A model generated the notes under the pieces. That model had not been told where the DNA came from and made no database searches. It was given only the letters and a program-made list of their open reading frames with translations. A stretch of DNA of 61,514 nt from Aeriscardovia sp. Its GTDB lineage: Bacteria; Actinomycetota; Actinomycetes; Actinomycetales; Bifidobacteriaceae. A program made the position numbers and the translations under genes. Within the stretch, counting starts at the first letter, position 1; every line of letters begins with the position of its first letter. Of this stretch, positions 39,034 through 50,859 are shown piece after piece. Location: the NCBI GenBank assembly GCA_017386585.1, contig JAFNPO010000075.1, positions 1-61,514 on the forward strand, given 5' to 3'.

Positions 39034-39897
39034 TCAGGATTTCAGCGGCAGCGGTGCAGCCGGATATCCCAACACCCAGGCGTCATAGAACGCCTCGCGG
39101 GTAAACGCGGCCGCGGCCAGTCGCTGCTGCGCGGTGGCCAGATCCGACGTTCCGTGGGCTTCGCTAAGACCGAGTTCCATTTCGACAGCGGCGTTGGTCG
39201 GTGTTCGTAGTCCGGTGGACGGGTCCACGAGCGTGTCGGGGTGGGCTAAGAGCGTTTGGACGGAATACAGCTTCTGGCGGGGATCCTTCGTCAAACCGTT
39301 CGCTAGCTGTGCGGCGTTACCGCGAGCGCGCAGGCTCAGGGCGTACTCCTGCTCGTTGGTGGGGTTACTGCGGGCGGCGAGGACTTCCATCGAAAACGCG
39401 GCCTTGTCTTGTGCCAATGCCAGCGCCGAGGTTGCTGCCGTTCCTAAGCCCTGGGGGGTAGAAACACTGGCTACGACGACATCGGAGGACGTATTGGGGC
39501 TGCTCTTGTCGACGGCGTCAACGTCTGCTCCTGTTTCGACAGCGGACGGGGAGATTCCCGCAGCTGGGGCGATTTCATGCGCTTCGTAACTGGCATATGC
39601 CGATTCAACGATTCCCTGTTCGTAGCGTCCTGGGCAGTTGGCAGCTGCCGCCAGCCAGGAGTTCGCTGCATCCTGGTATGCGAGAAAGCGGATGGCAGGT
39701 GTATCGACGACGTTCTCAGCAGTGTTTTCCCAGACGATGGCGTCCAAGGCTGCGTCGCAACTGGCGGTGATGTTGGAGGATGAAGAGATGTTATCGGCCC
39801 AGGCGTGCCGCGGCACGCCTGGGCCGATGAGGGCGACGCACAGTCCGGTGCAGGAGAGAAGTGTGGCCGTTTGGCGCGCAAAGTGTCGGAGTGTCAT
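39034..39897 (-). CDS. Putative lipoprotein, possibly DUF4439/ferritin-like
   Basis: MTLRHFARQTATLLSCTG has a signal peptide and a lipobox-like LLSC. RBS aggagg. The Ala-rich helical body resembles proteins found near proS/nusA in actinobacteria. Confidence 0.5.
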   Translation of the reverse strand: MTLRHFARQTATLLSCTGLCVALIGPGVPRHAWADNISSSSNITASCDAALDAIVWENTAENVVDTPAIRFLAYQDAANSWLAAAANCPGRYEQGIVESAYASYEAHEIAPAAGISPSAVETGADVDAVDKSSPNTSSDVVVASVSTPQGLGTAATSALALAQDKAAFSMEVLAARSNPTNEQEYALSLRARGNAAQLANGLTKDPRQKLYSVQTLLAHPDTLVDPSTGLRTPTNAAVEMELGLSEAHGTSDLATAQQRLAAAAFTREAFYDAWVLGYPAAPLPLKS

Positions 39898-40081
39898 CGT
39901 CGTTTTCCTCCTGGCTGCGCCAATCGGGGGGAAGCCCAGGTTGGCGCCATTAATCGTTTTGTTTCCAGGCATTTCATAAACGCCGTTATCATAGCCATAG
40001 TGTCTGTACGAATCGGTACACTAGGGCGTTAGTGGCCGAGTATGGGCCGGTCTGCGGTGGCGTGCATGGAAGAATTGAGGG

Positions 40082-41236
40082 ATGGCGAGGATGGATTTAG
40101 ATCTGAGCAGCATTCGCCAGTTGGCTGCCGACGAGGGAATTGACGATGACACGCTGTCTGATGCGCTGCAGGAAGCGTTGCTGCAGGCATATTTCAAGAC
40201 GCCGGGTGCGGCAAAGCATGCGCGTGTTGAGCTGGACCACCGCGCCGGCACCTTCACTGTGTGGGCCCAGGATGAGGTTCCCCAGGAACCGACCGAGGAG
40301 GATCCGCATCCGGCTCCGAAGCTGAGCGACGAGTATGATGACACGCCGAAAAACTTCGGCCGTCAGGCGGCGTATACCGCCCGCCAGGTGATTCAGCAGC
40401 TGTTCCGTCAGGTCGAGGATGAGAAAGTGTTCGGCGCCTTCTCCGGCCGTAAGGGTAAGCTCATCACCGGCGTCATCCAGCAGGACCGCCGCGATGTTAA
40501 TAATGTCCACATCAAGGTGGGTGACATCGAAGCGCTGCTGCCTCGACGTGAGCAGGTCCCGGGTGAAGAATACCACCACGGCGAGCGTCTACGCGTTTAC
40601 GTGGTGTCCGTGTCCCGCGGTCTGCGTGGCCCGGAGATTATCGTGTCGCGTTCTCATCCGGAATTGGTTCGCTTGCTTTTCGAGCGCGAGGTGCCGGAGT
40701 TGATTTCTGGTGCGGTCTCGATTATGGGTATCGCTCGTGAAGCTGGCGCGCGCTCCAAGGTTGCTGTCAGGGCGAACGCGAATGGTGTGAATCCGAAGGG
40801 AGCTCTTATTGGCCCTGGCGGCTCCCGCGTCCGCGCTGTCATGGAGAATCTCGGCGGCGAGAAGATTGACATTGTCGATTATTCGGCCGATCCGGCGGCG
40901 TTCATCGCATCCGCTCTGTCCCCGGCACATGTGGCGTCGGTTCAGGTACTCAGTAGGAAGGGCAAGACTGCTGTGGCCTTCGTGCCCGACTCTCAGCTCA
41001 GCTTGGCTATTGGTAAAGAGGGGCAGAACGCTCGTTTGGCCGCCAAGCTGACTGGTTGGAAGATCGGCGTCGAATCCCAGGAACAGCATGAGGCTGCTTT
41101 GGTCCGGAGGAAGGCAGCTCTCGCCGCTCGGGAGGAAGCTGTTGGCAACGTTGTCGTCACCTCTTTCGAGGAGGCTACTGGGGCTGCTGCTCCGGAGGAA
41201 GGATTCGCGGCGGAAAAGCAGGTGAGCGAAGAATAG
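40082..41236 (+). CDS. nusA: Transcription termination/antitermination factor NusA
   Basis: S1 domain (GKLITGVIQQ...VHIKVGDIEALLP) and tandem KH domains (PKGALIGPGGSRV, AIGKEGQNARLAAKLTGWKI). Confidence 0.95.
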   Translation: MARMDLDLSSIRQLAADEGIDDDTLSDALQEALLQAYFKTPGAAKHARVELDHRAGTFTVWAQDEVPQEPTEEDPHPAPKLSDEYDDTPKNFGRQAAYTARQVIQQLFRQVEDEKVFGAFSGRKGKLITGVIQQDRRDVNNVHIKVGDIEALLPRREQVPGEEYHHGERLRVYVVSVSRGLRGPEIIVSRSHPELVRLLFEREVPELISGAVSIMGIAREAGARSKVAVRANANGVNPKGALIGPGGSRVRAVMENLGGEKIDIVDYSADPAAFIASALSPAHVASVQVLSRKGKTAVAFVPDSQLSLAIGKEGQNARLAAKLTGWKIGVESQEQHEAALVRRKAALAAREEAVGNVVVTSFEEATGAAAPEEGFAAEKQVSEE

Positions 41237-41374
41237 GGGACATCTCCTTTGCGGACTGTCCTCCACCACATCGAAAGATGAGGCAAACGACTATGGTCGT
41301 AAAAAATTGAGATGATGCATCGTATTTTCTGAGACGGCCGCGCCACTGGAACGCGGTCGGGAATGGAGAAATCT

Positions 41375-44152
41375 GTGCCAAAAGCACGCGTTTATGAGTT
41401 GGCGAAGCAATTTAACGTCGACAGCAAAACGATTTTAGACAAACTGAAGGACATGGGGGAGTTCGTCAAGTCAGCGTCTTCCACCATCGAAGCGCCTGTT
41501 GTACGCAAACTGCAGGCGCAGTTTCCGAACGCCGGTAGCGCTTCACGTCCTGTGACAGGTGGGGCGCGGAAACTGGGACGTAAGCCGATGGCCGACGGTT
41601 CCGTTAAACCTGGTCCGATACATCATGCTGCGCCTCGTCCGAACGCCGTCGCTCCGACGCCAGGAAAGCGTATTTCGCAGCCACCTGCGCCGCACAAGAG
41701 CGTTGACCGTGGCGACAAGCCGTCCATGGGTCGTCATCCGGTCAAACCGACTCCACGTCCTGGCCAGACTGGCGGCTTGCCGACCGGCGCTCCACGTCTT
41801 GGTCGTTTCGCCGTGTCTAAGACGCCTCACTTGGGCGCCCGTTCAGCCGGTCCGCGTCCTGGCAACAACCCGTTTGCAGCCAAGCAGGGAATGCACTTTC
41901 CAACGCCGGGTGACATTCCGCGCCCGCATCCGATGGCCCGTCCGACGGTCAATGGCCGTCACAGCGCCAGCCATAGCGCCCCGAACCGCGGTCGCGGCGG
42001 TGCCGCACGCGTTGGTCGTCCGAACCAGTGGGGCATCAACCGCACCGGTGCATCAGCGGGTTCGTCTGCCCGTCCAGGAGCCAATAAGTGGGGCAGCAGC
42101 GCCTCCCCGTCTTCTGCTCCGCGCGGTCGCGGCCGTTCCGCCGCTGGCGCGTTCGGTCATCAGGGAAGCCGTTCGTCCAAGGCCCGTAAAAATCGTCGTG
42201 GTAAACACCAAGAGTTTCAGGAGTTGAAGGCTCCGACTATCGGCGGCATCCGCATTCCGACGGGAAGTGGCCAGACTATCCGTCTGCGCCAGGGTTCCTC
42301 GCTGGCCGACCTAGCCGACAAGATCCACGTTAACGCCGCGGCGCTGGTCACTGTCTTGTTCCATCTGGGGCAGATGGCCACAGCCACCCAATCTCTGGAC
42401 GCCGACACCTTCAAGATCCTCGGCGAGGAGATCGGCTGGAACATTGAGATTGTATCTGCCGAAGAGGAGGACAAGGCCCTACTCGAGCAGTTCGATATCA
42501 ACCTCGATGACGAGCAGCTCCAAGACGACGCGAACCTCCGTCCGCGGCCGCCGGTCGTCACCGTCATGGGTCACGTCGACCACGGCAAGACACGTTTGCT
42601 CGACACTATCCGCCAGTCGCATGTTGCCGCCCACGAGGCCGGCGGTATCACTCAACGGATCGGCGCATACATGGTGGATGTCACCCTCAACGGCTCAAGC
42701 CGCAAAATTACTTTCCTCGACACTCCAGGCCACGAAGCTTTTACCGCCATGCGAGCCCGCGGCGCCAAGATCACCGATATCGCCATACTGGTCGTCGCCG
42801 CGGATGATGGTGTGATGCCGCAGACCGTTGAAGCAATCAACCATGCCCAAGCTGCCGGCGTTCCAATCGTCGTGGCTGTCAACAAGATTGATTTGCCGGG
42901 CGCCAACCCGCAGAAAGTCCGCTCTCAGCTCACCGAGTTCGGCCTCGTGCCGGAGGAGTACGGTGGCGAGACTATGTTTGTTGACATTTCCGCCAAGATG
43001 GGCACCAACATCGACAAATTGCTCGAAGCTGTCCTGCTGACAGCCGACGCTGAGCTTGATCTGCGCGCTAATCCGGATATGCCAGCCCGCGGCGCTACCA
43101 TCGAAGCCCGACTCGACAAGGGCCGCGGCTCGGTCGCCAGCGTGCTCGTCCAGCAGGGCACCCTCCGCGTGGGCGACCCCATCGTGGTAGGCACCGCGTA
43201 CGGCCGCGTCCGCGCCATGTTCGACGAGGAGGGCAACGCGCTTAAGGAGGCCACTCCATCCACCCCCGTGGGTGTGTTGGGTCTGACGTCTGTCCCGGCT
43301 GCCGGCGACCTGTTCCTTGTTGCCCCAGACGACCGTTCCGCGCGTCAAATTGCTGAGAAACGCGAAGCCACCAAGCGAGCCGCGTCTCTGGCAAAACGTC
43401 ACAAAGTCGTGTCCCTAGAGAGCCTCAAAGAGCAGTTCAAGAAGTCCGAAATCGACATGCTTAACCTTGTTATCAAAGGCGACTCCTCCGGTTCTGTCGA
43501 AGCCCTCGAGGATGAGCTGATGAAGATTCGCGTGTCCAACGAGGTTGGCATCCAGGTCATCCACCGCGGCGTGGGAGCCATCACCCAAAACGACGTTAAC
43601 CTGGCGACCGTCGACAAGGCTGTTATCATCGGTTTCAACGTCCGCCCGAACAAGAATGTTGCTGACATGGCCGAGCGTGAGGGAGTAGAGATTAAGTTCT
43701 ACACGGTCATCTACAAGGCCGTGGAGGAGATTCAGGCTGCTCTGGAAGGCATGCTCAAGCCGGTCTACGAAGAAGTCGTCACATCTCACTCCGAGATTCG
43801 TCAGATCTTCCGCTCCTCCAAGTTCGGCAACATCGCCGGTGTCATGGTTCAGGACGGGGTCGTTAAGCGCGGCACCAAGGCGCGCATCACTCGTAACGGC
43901 GTCGTCACCGTCAACGACCTCGAAATCACCTCACTGCGTCGTTTCAAGGACGACGTCACCGAAGTCAAGGCCGGCTATGAAGCAGGCATCAACCTCGGCT
44001 CCTTCAACGACATTCAGGAAGGCGACGTTATTGAGACCTACGAGATGCAGCAAACCAAGCGTGACCTGTCTGCCGAGAAGGCTAAAGCACTAGCTATCGA
44101 TATGGCGCAGGACGGCGCTCAGCCGGACCAGTCCTCTAGAAAGAAGGTATGA
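41375..44152 (+). CDS. infB: Translation initiation factor IF-2
   Basis: (V)[23 protein letters not shown] start with RBS ggagaa; the ORF is open from 41363. P/G/R-rich linker. G domain [28 protein letters not shown]. Confidence 0.95.
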   Translation: MPKARVYELAKQFNVDSKTILDKLKDMGEFVKSASSTIEAPVVRKLQAQFPNAGSASRPVTGGARKLGRKPMADGSVKPGPIHHAAPRPNAVAPTPGKRISQPPAPHKSVDRGDKPSMGRHPVKPTPRPGQTGGLPTGAPRLGRFAVSKTPHLGARSAGPRPGNNPFAAKQGMHFPTPGDIPRPHPMARPTVNGRHSASHSAPNRGRGGAARVGRPNQWGINRTGASAGSSARPGANKWGSSASPSSAPRGRGRSAAGAFGHQGSRSSKARKNRRGKHQEFQELKAPTIGGIRIPTGSGQTIRLRQGSSLADLADKIHVNAAALVTVLFHLGQMATATQSLDADTFKILGEEIGWNIEIVSAEEEDKALLEQFDINLDDEQLQDDANLRPRPPVVTVMGHVDHGKTRLLDTIRQSHVAAHEAGGITQRIGAYMVDVTLNGSSRKITFLDTPGHEAFTAMRARGAKITDIAILVVAADDGVMPQTVEAINHAQAAGVPIVVAVNKIDLPGANPQKVRSQLTEFGLVPEEYGGETMFVDISAKMGTNIDKLLEAVLLTADAELDLRANPDMPARGATIEARLDKGRGSVASVLVQQGTLRVGDPIVVGTAYGRVRAMFDEEGNALKEATPSTPVGVLGLTSVPAAGDLFLVAPDDRSARQIAEKREATKRAASLAKRHKVVSLESLKEQFKKSEIDMLNLVIKGDSSGSVEALEDELMKIRVSNEVGIQVIHRGVGAITQNDVNLATVDKAVIIGFNVRPNKNVADMAEREGVEIKFYTVIYKAVEEIQAALEGMLKPVYEEVVTSHSEIRQIFRSSKFGNIAGVMVQDGVVKRGTKARITRNGVVTVNDLEITSLRRFKDDVTEVKAGYEAGINLGSFNDIQEGDVIETYEMQQTKRDLSAEKAKALAIDMAQDGAQPDQSSRKKV

Positions 44153-44661
44153 GTATGGCGGAAATGACACCGAAAGCCGCCCGTCTCGCCGCAATGATTC
44201 AACGGACGGTGGCGGCCAGTTTGGAGCGCGACTTCCATGATCCGCGCCTGCGCGGCGTGACCATTACGGAAGTGCGCGTGACCAATGATCTGCACATCGC
44301 CCGCGTGTACTGGACGCAGCTTGGTGAAGTCGGCAAAGAGAGCGGCGAACGTGAGCGTGCTCGGGCAGCGCTGAATCAGGCCAAGGGTCGTCTACGTTCC
44401 AAGGTTGGTCGTAAGGCCGGTACGCGCCTAACGCCACAGCTGGAGTTTATCTTCGACGAGGTTCCCGCCACCGCCGCCGACGTAGACGATATGCTCGTCC
44501 ACGCAGCCAGGCGCGACGAAATCCTGTCGCACCTGCGCGAAGGCAAGTCCTACGCCGGCGACGCTGATCCGTACCGCCACGACGAAGACAGTGACGATAA
44601 CGGGATCGATGAAGACGTCGAAGACAGCGGCGTCGTCGGTTCCGACAAGGCCAGCGCGTGA
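44149..44661 (+). CDS. rbfA: Ribosome-binding factor A
   Basis: [42 protein letters not shown], with an acidic C-terminal tail. Confidence 0.9.
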   Translation: MSMAEMTPKAARLAAMIQRTVAASLERDFHDPRLRGVTITEVRVTNDLHIARVYWTQLGEVGKESGERERARAALNQAKGRLRSKVGRKAGTRLTPQLEFIFDEVPATAADVDDMLVHAARRDEILSHLREGKSYAGDADPYRHDEDSDDNGIDEDVEDSGVVGSDKASA

Positions 44662-45794
44662 ACGGTTCGCTGCCCGTTTCGGGTTTTCTTTGTGTCGACA
44701 AGCCGCTCGGTGTCACTAGCTTTGATGTTGTAGCAGCTTTCCGCCATGCCACGGGCATCCGCAAGGTCGGGCATGCAGGCACGCTGGACCCCCAAGCGAG
44801 CGGCCTGCTACTACTTGGATATGGCCAGGGGACCCGCCTGCTGCGGTATCTGGCAGGAGAGACGAAGATTTACCGGACGGTCATCCGCTTGGGCGCCCGC
44901 ACAACGACGGATGATTCCGAAGGTAACCTGCTGGAACAGGGGCATGCAGACGCTGTCGCGCGACGCGTACGCCAACTGGTGCCTGAGACCATCGCCCAGA
45001 CCATTCGCGAGCATTTTATCGGCACCATTCAGCAAGTGCCTAGCGCCTATTCCGCCGTCCGCGTCGACGGCCGACACGCCTATGACCTGGCACGCCGAGG
45101 CCGAAACGTTCGACTGAAGGCCCGGAGCATCGTCATCTCCGCGTTCAAGCTTGGCAAGCCACGATTCGTGACCGCTGCCAAGGCAAACGCAGATTTCGCG
45201 TTATCCGCCAATCCAGTGAACCAGGTTCCAGCCGACGCGCCTGACGAGGTTCTCTTCTGCGACGTCCCCGCCGTCATTACCTGCTCGGCCGGCACGTACA
45301 TCCGTTCCCTGGGGCGTGACCTCGGTGAGGTGCTCGGCGTGGGTGGTTATCTGACGTCGCTGCGACGAACGGCTATCGGTGATTTCTCCGTCGCCGGGGC
45401 CATACCGATGAAAGCGGAACGCTATTTTTTCCAGAATTGCAGGACTGGCGAGACGAGCTGGCGCTCCCGCGCTGTTGTCGATGCGGACAAGCTTGCACCG
45501 GCCGTTATATCGCTAGCTGCCGTCGCTCGGCGTGTGATGCCATCCGTGGAAGTTGATGACGCCCAAGCGCGCGATTTGCGATCTGGCCGCTGGGTAGCGT
45601 ACGCCGACGTCCCTCCGCTGGCCTATGACGATTCCACGCATTCCATGGACTCGCGGACGGTCGCTAGTTCTTCGACTGCTGGTTCGACGGCAGTAATCCA
45701 TCGTGTTAACACTCGGGAGGAGCTGATTGCCGTCGTGAAAGCGGATTCGCAAAGGTTCGCATGGCGTCCAGTCACGGTATTCCCTCAGGAATGA
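44658..45794 (+). CDS. truB: tRNA pseudouridine(55) synthase
   Basis: GFLCVDKPLGVTSFDVV, GHAGTLDPQASGLL (catalytic Asp). The GTG overlaps the rbfA stop. Confidence 0.9.
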   Translation: MNGSLPVSGFLCVDKPLGVTSFDVVAAFRHATGIRKVGHAGTLDPQASGLLLLGYGQGTRLLRYLAGETKIYRTVIRLGARTTTDDSEGNLLEQGHADAVARRVRQLVPETIAQTIREHFIGTIQQVPSAYSAVRVDGRHAYDLARRGRNVRLKARSIVISAFKLGKPRFVTAAKANADFALSANPVNQVPADAPDEVLFCDVPAVITCSAGTYIRSLGRDLGEVLGVGGYLTSLRRTAIGDFSVAGAIPMKAERYFFQNCRTGETSWRSRAVVDADKLAPAVISLAAVARRVMPSVEVDDAQARDLRSGRWVAYADVPPLAYDDSTHSMDSRTVASSSTAGSTAVIHRVNTREELIAVVKADSQRFAWRPVTVFPQE

Positions 45795-45825
45795 CGCTGG
45801 TCCAACGGCATTCGGAGGAGAGAAA

Positions 45826-47022
45826 ATGAGAATTTCATACGTGCAGCCGAAGGAGAACGGCGCTGTCGCATGGCCAGAACCGGAACGGGATGGTTTGCCG
45901 CGGGCGGCCGTGGTGACGATTGGCACGTTCGACGGCGTTCACCGTGGGCACCGCGTTGTGATCGACCGCGTGCTGCAGGAAGCACATAAACGTGGAGCGC
46001 GGTCAGTTGTCATCCTATTTGACCCGCGCCCGGCCATCGTGCACTGGTATGCTGCCTGTCACCACGGGGAACAGATTCCCGATGCGATGGCAGACGCCGT
46101 CGCCCGCGCCACTGCGGTGACCAGCATTCCCCAACGGTTACGACTGCTCGAAAGTTGCGGCATTGACGAAGCAATCGTCGTGACATATAATTTAGCTTTC
46201 GCCCAGCAGGCGTATGACTCTTTTCTGCTGCAGTTAGCTCAGCGGATTGGCATGCGCGTGCTGGTCCTGGGTGACGGTGCATGTTTGGGGCGCGACTGCA
46301 CCGGAACCATCGATGCAATTGGGGAGTTGGCCCAGCGTACCGGCGCTTTCGATCTCGACGTCGTGACGCCCCACGGCCCTGGCTTCGTGTCGGTACCTGT
46401 CGATGACGAAATGTACGCGCCCGGAGCGCAGGCCTCGGACGTTCCCCGAATGCGCCGCGTACGCATGTGGAGTTCGTCCACTGTGCGCGCCCTGCTGCAC
46501 GTGGGCCGCGTTTCAGAAGCCTCGCGTATCCTGGGACGGCTCCACTTTGTCGAGGGGGAAGTGGTGCACGGCGAGCAGCGCGGCCGTGCACTGGGATTCC
46601 CAACCGCTAACCTCGGCGGCGATATCCAGGGGCTGATGCCTCGCGAAGGCGTGTACGCCGGATGGTTAATCGACTGCGGTACTCGCAACAGTGCCGCTCC
46701 GACTGCGCGAGCCGCGTCCAACAAAGCGATGTCAGGGAAGGTGCCGTACGGCGAGAAGCGGTATCCGACGGCAATTTCCATTGGTACGAAGGAAACTTTC
46801 GAGGACGACGGTGTGGCGCGCGAGCGCATTCTCGAGGCCAACGTCGTCGGCCATGACGACTGGCTTAATCTATATGGGCATCACATCCGCATCGAGTTCC
46901 TTCAGCGTTTGCGCGCACAGGTTAAGTTCGATGGGGTGGGTAGTCTCGTCCAGCAGATGCGCCACGACGCCATAGAAACGCAAGAGCAGTGCCGACTTGA
47001 CCGATGCACCCCTATCCGTTGA
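45826..47022 (+). CDS. ribF: Bifunctional riboflavin kinase / FMN adenylyltransferase
   Basis: VVTIGTFDGVHRGH, GEVVHGEQRGRALGFPTANL. RBS ggaggag. Confidence 0.9.
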   Translation: MRISYVQPKENGAVAWPEPERDGLPRAAVVTIGTFDGVHRGHRVVIDRVLQEAHKRGARSVVILFDPRPAIVHWYAACHHGEQIPDAMADAVARATAVTSIPQRLRLLESCGIDEAIVVTYNLAFAQQAYDSFLLQLAQRIGMRVLVLGDGACLGRDCTGTIDAIGELAQRTGAFDLDVVTPHGPGFVSVPVDDEMYAPGAQASDVPRMRRVRMWSSSTVRALLHVGRVSEASRILGRLHFVEGEVVHGEQRGRALGFPTANLGGDIQGLMPREGVYAGWLIDCGTRNSAAPTARAASNKAMSGKVPYGEKRYPTAISIGTKETFEDDGVARERILEANVVGHDDWLNLYGHHIRIEFLQRLRAQVKFDGVGSLVQQMRHDAIETQEQCRLDRCTPIR

Positions 47023-47244
47023 GATTGCGGAAACGTCGAACCTTCAGTATACCATATTCTCTGCTTTTGGTGTATCATATTACTTGGTTGTATGTATGTC
47101 ATATGGTGGGCATGCTGCAGCGGGAGAACGCCCGTGCGGGTTATTCCGCTTCGCCCACAGGCGATGAGTCTCGTGCTCGCAGCACGTTATTCTGGCGCTC
47201 TTCTTCCTTTTGTGAATAACTGCTTAACGTAAGGAACGAATCAC

Positions 47245-50200
47245 TTGGCTGCTGCATCTGAAAAGAGCACGACAAAGACCTTCGCTCGTAACAACGAAGA
47301 AGATATCAAGCTGCACAAAACGTCAAGGCGTGTCAATTTCGCGTCCATTCGCGAGCCAATCCCGCTGCCGTACCTTCTGGGCGTACAGACGGACTCCTTT
47401 GACTGGCTCGTGGGCAATGAACGTTGGAAGAAGCGCGTCGAATACGACAAGAAGAACGGCACCTTCACCACGCCGCATACGAGCGGTCTCGCCGAAGTGT
47501 TCGACGAGATCTCACCAATCAGGAACTTTGCGGACACCATGGAACTCGCCTTCTCGGATCCGTACTTCGAGGAGCCTCTCCACACATGGCAGGAGTGCAA
47601 GGATCAGGGCTATACCTATTCCGCGCCGCTGTACGTGAACGCCGAATTCACCAACATGGATACCGGTGAGATCAAGTCTCAAACCGTGTTCATGGGCGAC
47701 TTTCCGCTGCAGACTCCTCACGGCACTTTCATCATCGGCGGTTCCGAGCGCGTCATCGTCTCACAGCTCGTGCGTTCCCCAGGCGTCTACTTCGAGCGTG
47801 ACGTGGACCGTACCACCGACAAGGAAGTGTACGGCGCCCGTATCATTCCCTCTCGCGGCGCGTGGCTCGAATTTGAGATTGATAGGCGCGATGCACTGGC
47901 CGTCCGCATCGACCGCCGTCGCAAAACCTCCGTCATTGTCTTCTTGCAAGCTATCGGGATGACCGTGCCGGAAATCCGTGAGGCCTTCAAGGACTACCCA
48001 CTCGTTCTCGACCTTATCGACAAGGAGGCTGTCGAAAACCAGGACACGGCTCTGACTGATCTGTACCGTAAGATTCGCCCGAACGACACTCCGACCCCAG
48101 AGGCAGGTCGTACACTGCTCGACAGCTTCTACTTCAACGACCGTCGCTACGACTTAGCGCTCGTGGGCCGCTACAAAATCAATCGCAAGCTCGGCTTGCA
48201 GATCGATTCAGAGAACCGCTCCTTGACCAAGGAAGACATCATCGCCACCATCCAGTATCTGGTGGCCCTCCACGACGGACGACTAACCTTCCCCGGTATG
48301 CGTGACGGCAAACCGGTTGAGCTGCGTGTCGAGACCGACGACATCGACCACTTCGCTAACCGCCGCATTCGCCAGGTCGGTGAACTCGTCCAGAATCAGC
48401 TGCGTACAGGCCTGTCCCGCATGGAGCGCGTGGTCCGCGAGCGCATGACCACCCAGGACGCGGAGGCCATTACTCCACAGTCTTTGTTGAACATCCGCCC
48501 GGTGGCCGCAACCATCAAGGAGTTCTTCGGTACTTCCCAGCTGTCGCAGTTCATGGACCAGAACAATCCGCTCGCCGGTGTGACTAACAAGCGCCGTCTA
48601 TCTGCTCTGGGTCCCGGCGGTCTGACTCGCGACCGTGCCTCCATGGAGGTGCGCGATGTTCATCCGTCCCACTACGGCCGTATGTGTCCTATCGAGTCTC
48701 CTGAGGGTCCGAACATCGGTCTCATCGGCTCCCTGGCAACTTTCGCCCGGATCAATCCGTTCGGCTTCATTGAGGCTCCGTACCGCAAGGTCGTTGACCG
48801 CAAGGTCACTGACGATGTTGTGTACATGACCGCCGATGAGGAGTCTAGCCATGTCATTGCCCAGGCGAATCAGGAGCTTACTGACGATGGCCGTATTGCC
48901 ACTGATACCGCGTTGGTGCGAGACGGTAAGGAAGAGGCAGCTGATGTTCCGTCCAACACCGTCGATTACATGGACGTTTCTCCGCGGGAGATGGTTTCCG
49001 TCGGCTCGTCCCTTATCCCGTTCCTTGAGCATGACGAGGGGCATCGAGCCCTCATGGGCGCCAATATGCAGCGTCAGGCTGTCCCGCTGATTGAGTCCGA
49101 AGCGCCGCTAGTGGGCACTGGCTCTGAGTGGCGCACCGCCTACGATTCCGGTGACTGCGTCCTTGCGGAGAAGCCGGGTGTTGTTGTCTACGTGTCCGCC
49201 GACATCATCCGGGTGATAAATGACGACGGCACTCAGTCCAGTTACCGTCTTACCAAGTTCGGTCGTTCTAACCAGACGACCTGCTATAATCAGAGGCCGA
49301 TTGTTTCCCAGGGCGACCGTGTCGATCGTGGTTCTGTCATTGCCGATGGTCCGGCCATCAAGGATGGCGAGCTAGCTTTGGGGAAGAATCTGCTCGTGGC
49401 CTTCATGCCGTGGAACGGTTATGACTATGAGGACGCGACCATCATTAGTCAGCGACTCGTCAAGGATGACACCCTTAGTTCCATTCATATCGAGGAGTAT
49501 GAAGTCGATGCTCGTGACACCAAGCTCGGAGCCGAGGAGATTACTCGCGACCTACCAAACGTGGCGGAGGAAACTGTAGCTGACCTCGACGAGCGCGGTG
49601 TTATCCGCATCGGTGCTGAGGTCGAGGCCGGCGATATCCTTGTGGGCAAAGTCACACCGAAGGGTGAAACCGAGCTGACCCCGGAGGAGCGCCTGCTGCG
49701 CGCCATCTTCGGTGAGAAGTCTCGCGAGGTGCGCGACACCTCTCTGCGTCTGCCGCACGGCGAGAAGGGCACCGTGATCTCCATCAAGGAGATCACCAAG
49801 GAGACTGCGCTCGAGGAGGACGAGGAGCTACCCAGCGGCGTTAACCGTATCATCAAGGTGTACGTGGCCCGCCACCGTAAGATCAGCGTTGGTGACAAGC
49901 TTTCTGGGCGCCACGGTAACAAGTGCACCATTTCCCGCATTCTGCCAGAAGAGGACATGCCGTTCCTCGAAGATGGCACTCCGATCGACATCATGCTTAA
50001 CCCGCTGGGTGTGCCGAGCCGTATGAATCTCGGCCAGGTCCTCGAGCTGCATTTAGGCTGGATTGCCCGCGCCGGCTGGGACATCGATATCGACGGTCTT
50101 GCCGCGGAGTGGAAGAAGCATATCCCGGCCGGAGCCGAGAAGGCTGAACCGAACACCCCAGTTGCCACGCCTGTCTTCGACGGCGTGAAGGAGGACGCGC

Positions 50201-50799
50201 TTGACGGTCTGCTGAGCACGACCCTGCCGAACGAGGACGGCCAGCGCCTAGTCGACGACCACGGTAAGGCTATCCTCTACGACGGACGCACTGGTAGGCC
50301 GTTCCCGAAACCGATCTCCGTGGGCGTGATGTACATCCTCAAGCTCCATCATCTGGTCGACGACAAGATTCACGCCCGCGCCACGGGTCCGTACTCGATG
50401 ATCACCCAGCAGCCGTTGGGCGGCAAGGCCCAGTTTGGCGGTCAGCGTTTCGGTGAAATGGAGGTCTGGGCCCTCGAGGCGTACGGCGCGGCCTACACGT
50501 TGCACGAGATGATGACGATCAAGTCCGACGACGTCGACGGTCGTGTTCGCGTATATGGCGCCATTGTCAAGGGAGAGAATCTTCCGGCCTCCGGCATCCC
50601 GGAATCCTTTAAGGTGCTTCTCAAGGAAATGCAGGCTCTCGCACTCAACGTCGAGGTTCTCAACGCCGACGACCAGCCGATTGACCTGACCTACGATGAC
50701 GAGGAATCCAACTCGACGCAGGATCTCGGCTTCAACATCGGTTCCCGTCCGGACCGTCAGAACTCCGACGCACCCGTGTCCGACCAGATGCGCTACTGA
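47245..50799 (+). CDS. rpoB: DNA-directed RNA polymerase beta subunit
   Basis: 1184 aa. TTG start with RBS aaggaa. Conserved blocks such as [49 protein letters not shown]. Confidence 0.97.
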   Translation: MAAASEKSTTKTFARNNEEDIKLHKTSRRVNFASIREPIPLPYLLGVQTDSFDWLVGNERWKKRVEYDKKNGTFTTPHTSGLAEVFDEISPIRNFADTMELAFSDPYFEEPLHTWQECKDQGYTYSAPLYVNAEFTNMDTGEIKSQTVFMGDFPLQTPHGTFIIGGSERVIVSQLVRSPGVYFERDVDRTTDKEVYGARIIPSRGAWLEFEIDRRDALAVRIDRRRKTSVIVFLQAIGMTVPEIREAFKDYPLVLDLIDKEAVENQDTALTDLYRKIRPNDTPTPEAGRTLLDSFYFNDRRYDLALVGRYKINRKLGLQIDSENRSLTKEDIIATIQYLVALHDGRLTFPGMRDGKPVELRVETDDIDHFANRRIRQVGELVQNQLRTGLSRMERVVRERMTTQDAEAITPQSLLNIRPVAATIKEFFGTSQLSQFMDQNNPLAGVTNKRRLSALGPGGLTRDRASMEVRDVHPSHYGRMCPIESPEGPNIGLIGSLATFARINPFGFIEAPYRKVVDRKVTDDVVYMTADEESSHVIAQANQELTDDGRIATDTALVRDGKEEAADVPSNTVDYMDVSPREMVSVGSSLIPFLEHDEGHRALMGANMQRQAVPLIESEAPLVGTGSEWRTAYDSGDCVLAEKPGVVVYVSADIIRVINDDGTQSSYRLTKFGRSNQTTCYNQRPIVSQGDRVDRGSVIADGPAIKDGELALGKNLLVAFMPWNGYDYEDATIISQRLVKDDTLSSIHIEEYEVDARDTKLGAEEITRDLPNVAEETVADLDERGVIRIGAEVEAGDILVGKVTPKGETELTPEERLLRAIFGEKSREVRDTSLRLPHGEKGTVISIKEITKETALEEDEELPSGVNRIIKVYVARHRKISVGDKLSGRHGNKCTISRILPEEDMPFLEDGTPIDIMLNPLGVPSRMNLGQVLELHLGWIARAGWDIDIDGLAAEWKKHIPAGAEKAEPNTPVATPVFDGVKEDALDGLLSTTLPNEDGQRLVDDHGKAILYDGRTGRPFPKPISVGVMYILKLHHLVDDKIHARATGPYSMITQQPLGGKAQFGGQRFGEMEVWALEAYGAAYTLHEMMTIKSDDVDGRVRVYGAIVKGENLPASGIPESFKVLLKEMQALALNVEVLNADDQPIDLTYDDEESNSTQDLGFNIGSRPDRQNSDAPVSDQMRY

Positions 50800-50859
50800 G
50801 GCATCTCTCACCAGGAAATATCAGCAGAATTTACTAGGACAAACGACAGGCAGGATACA

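Noticed and set aside
41559-42227. 222-aa alternative-frame ORF inside infB
   Set aside because: It is an out-of-frame reading of the Pro/Gly/Arg-rich IF-2 linker. Low-complexity codons keep it open.
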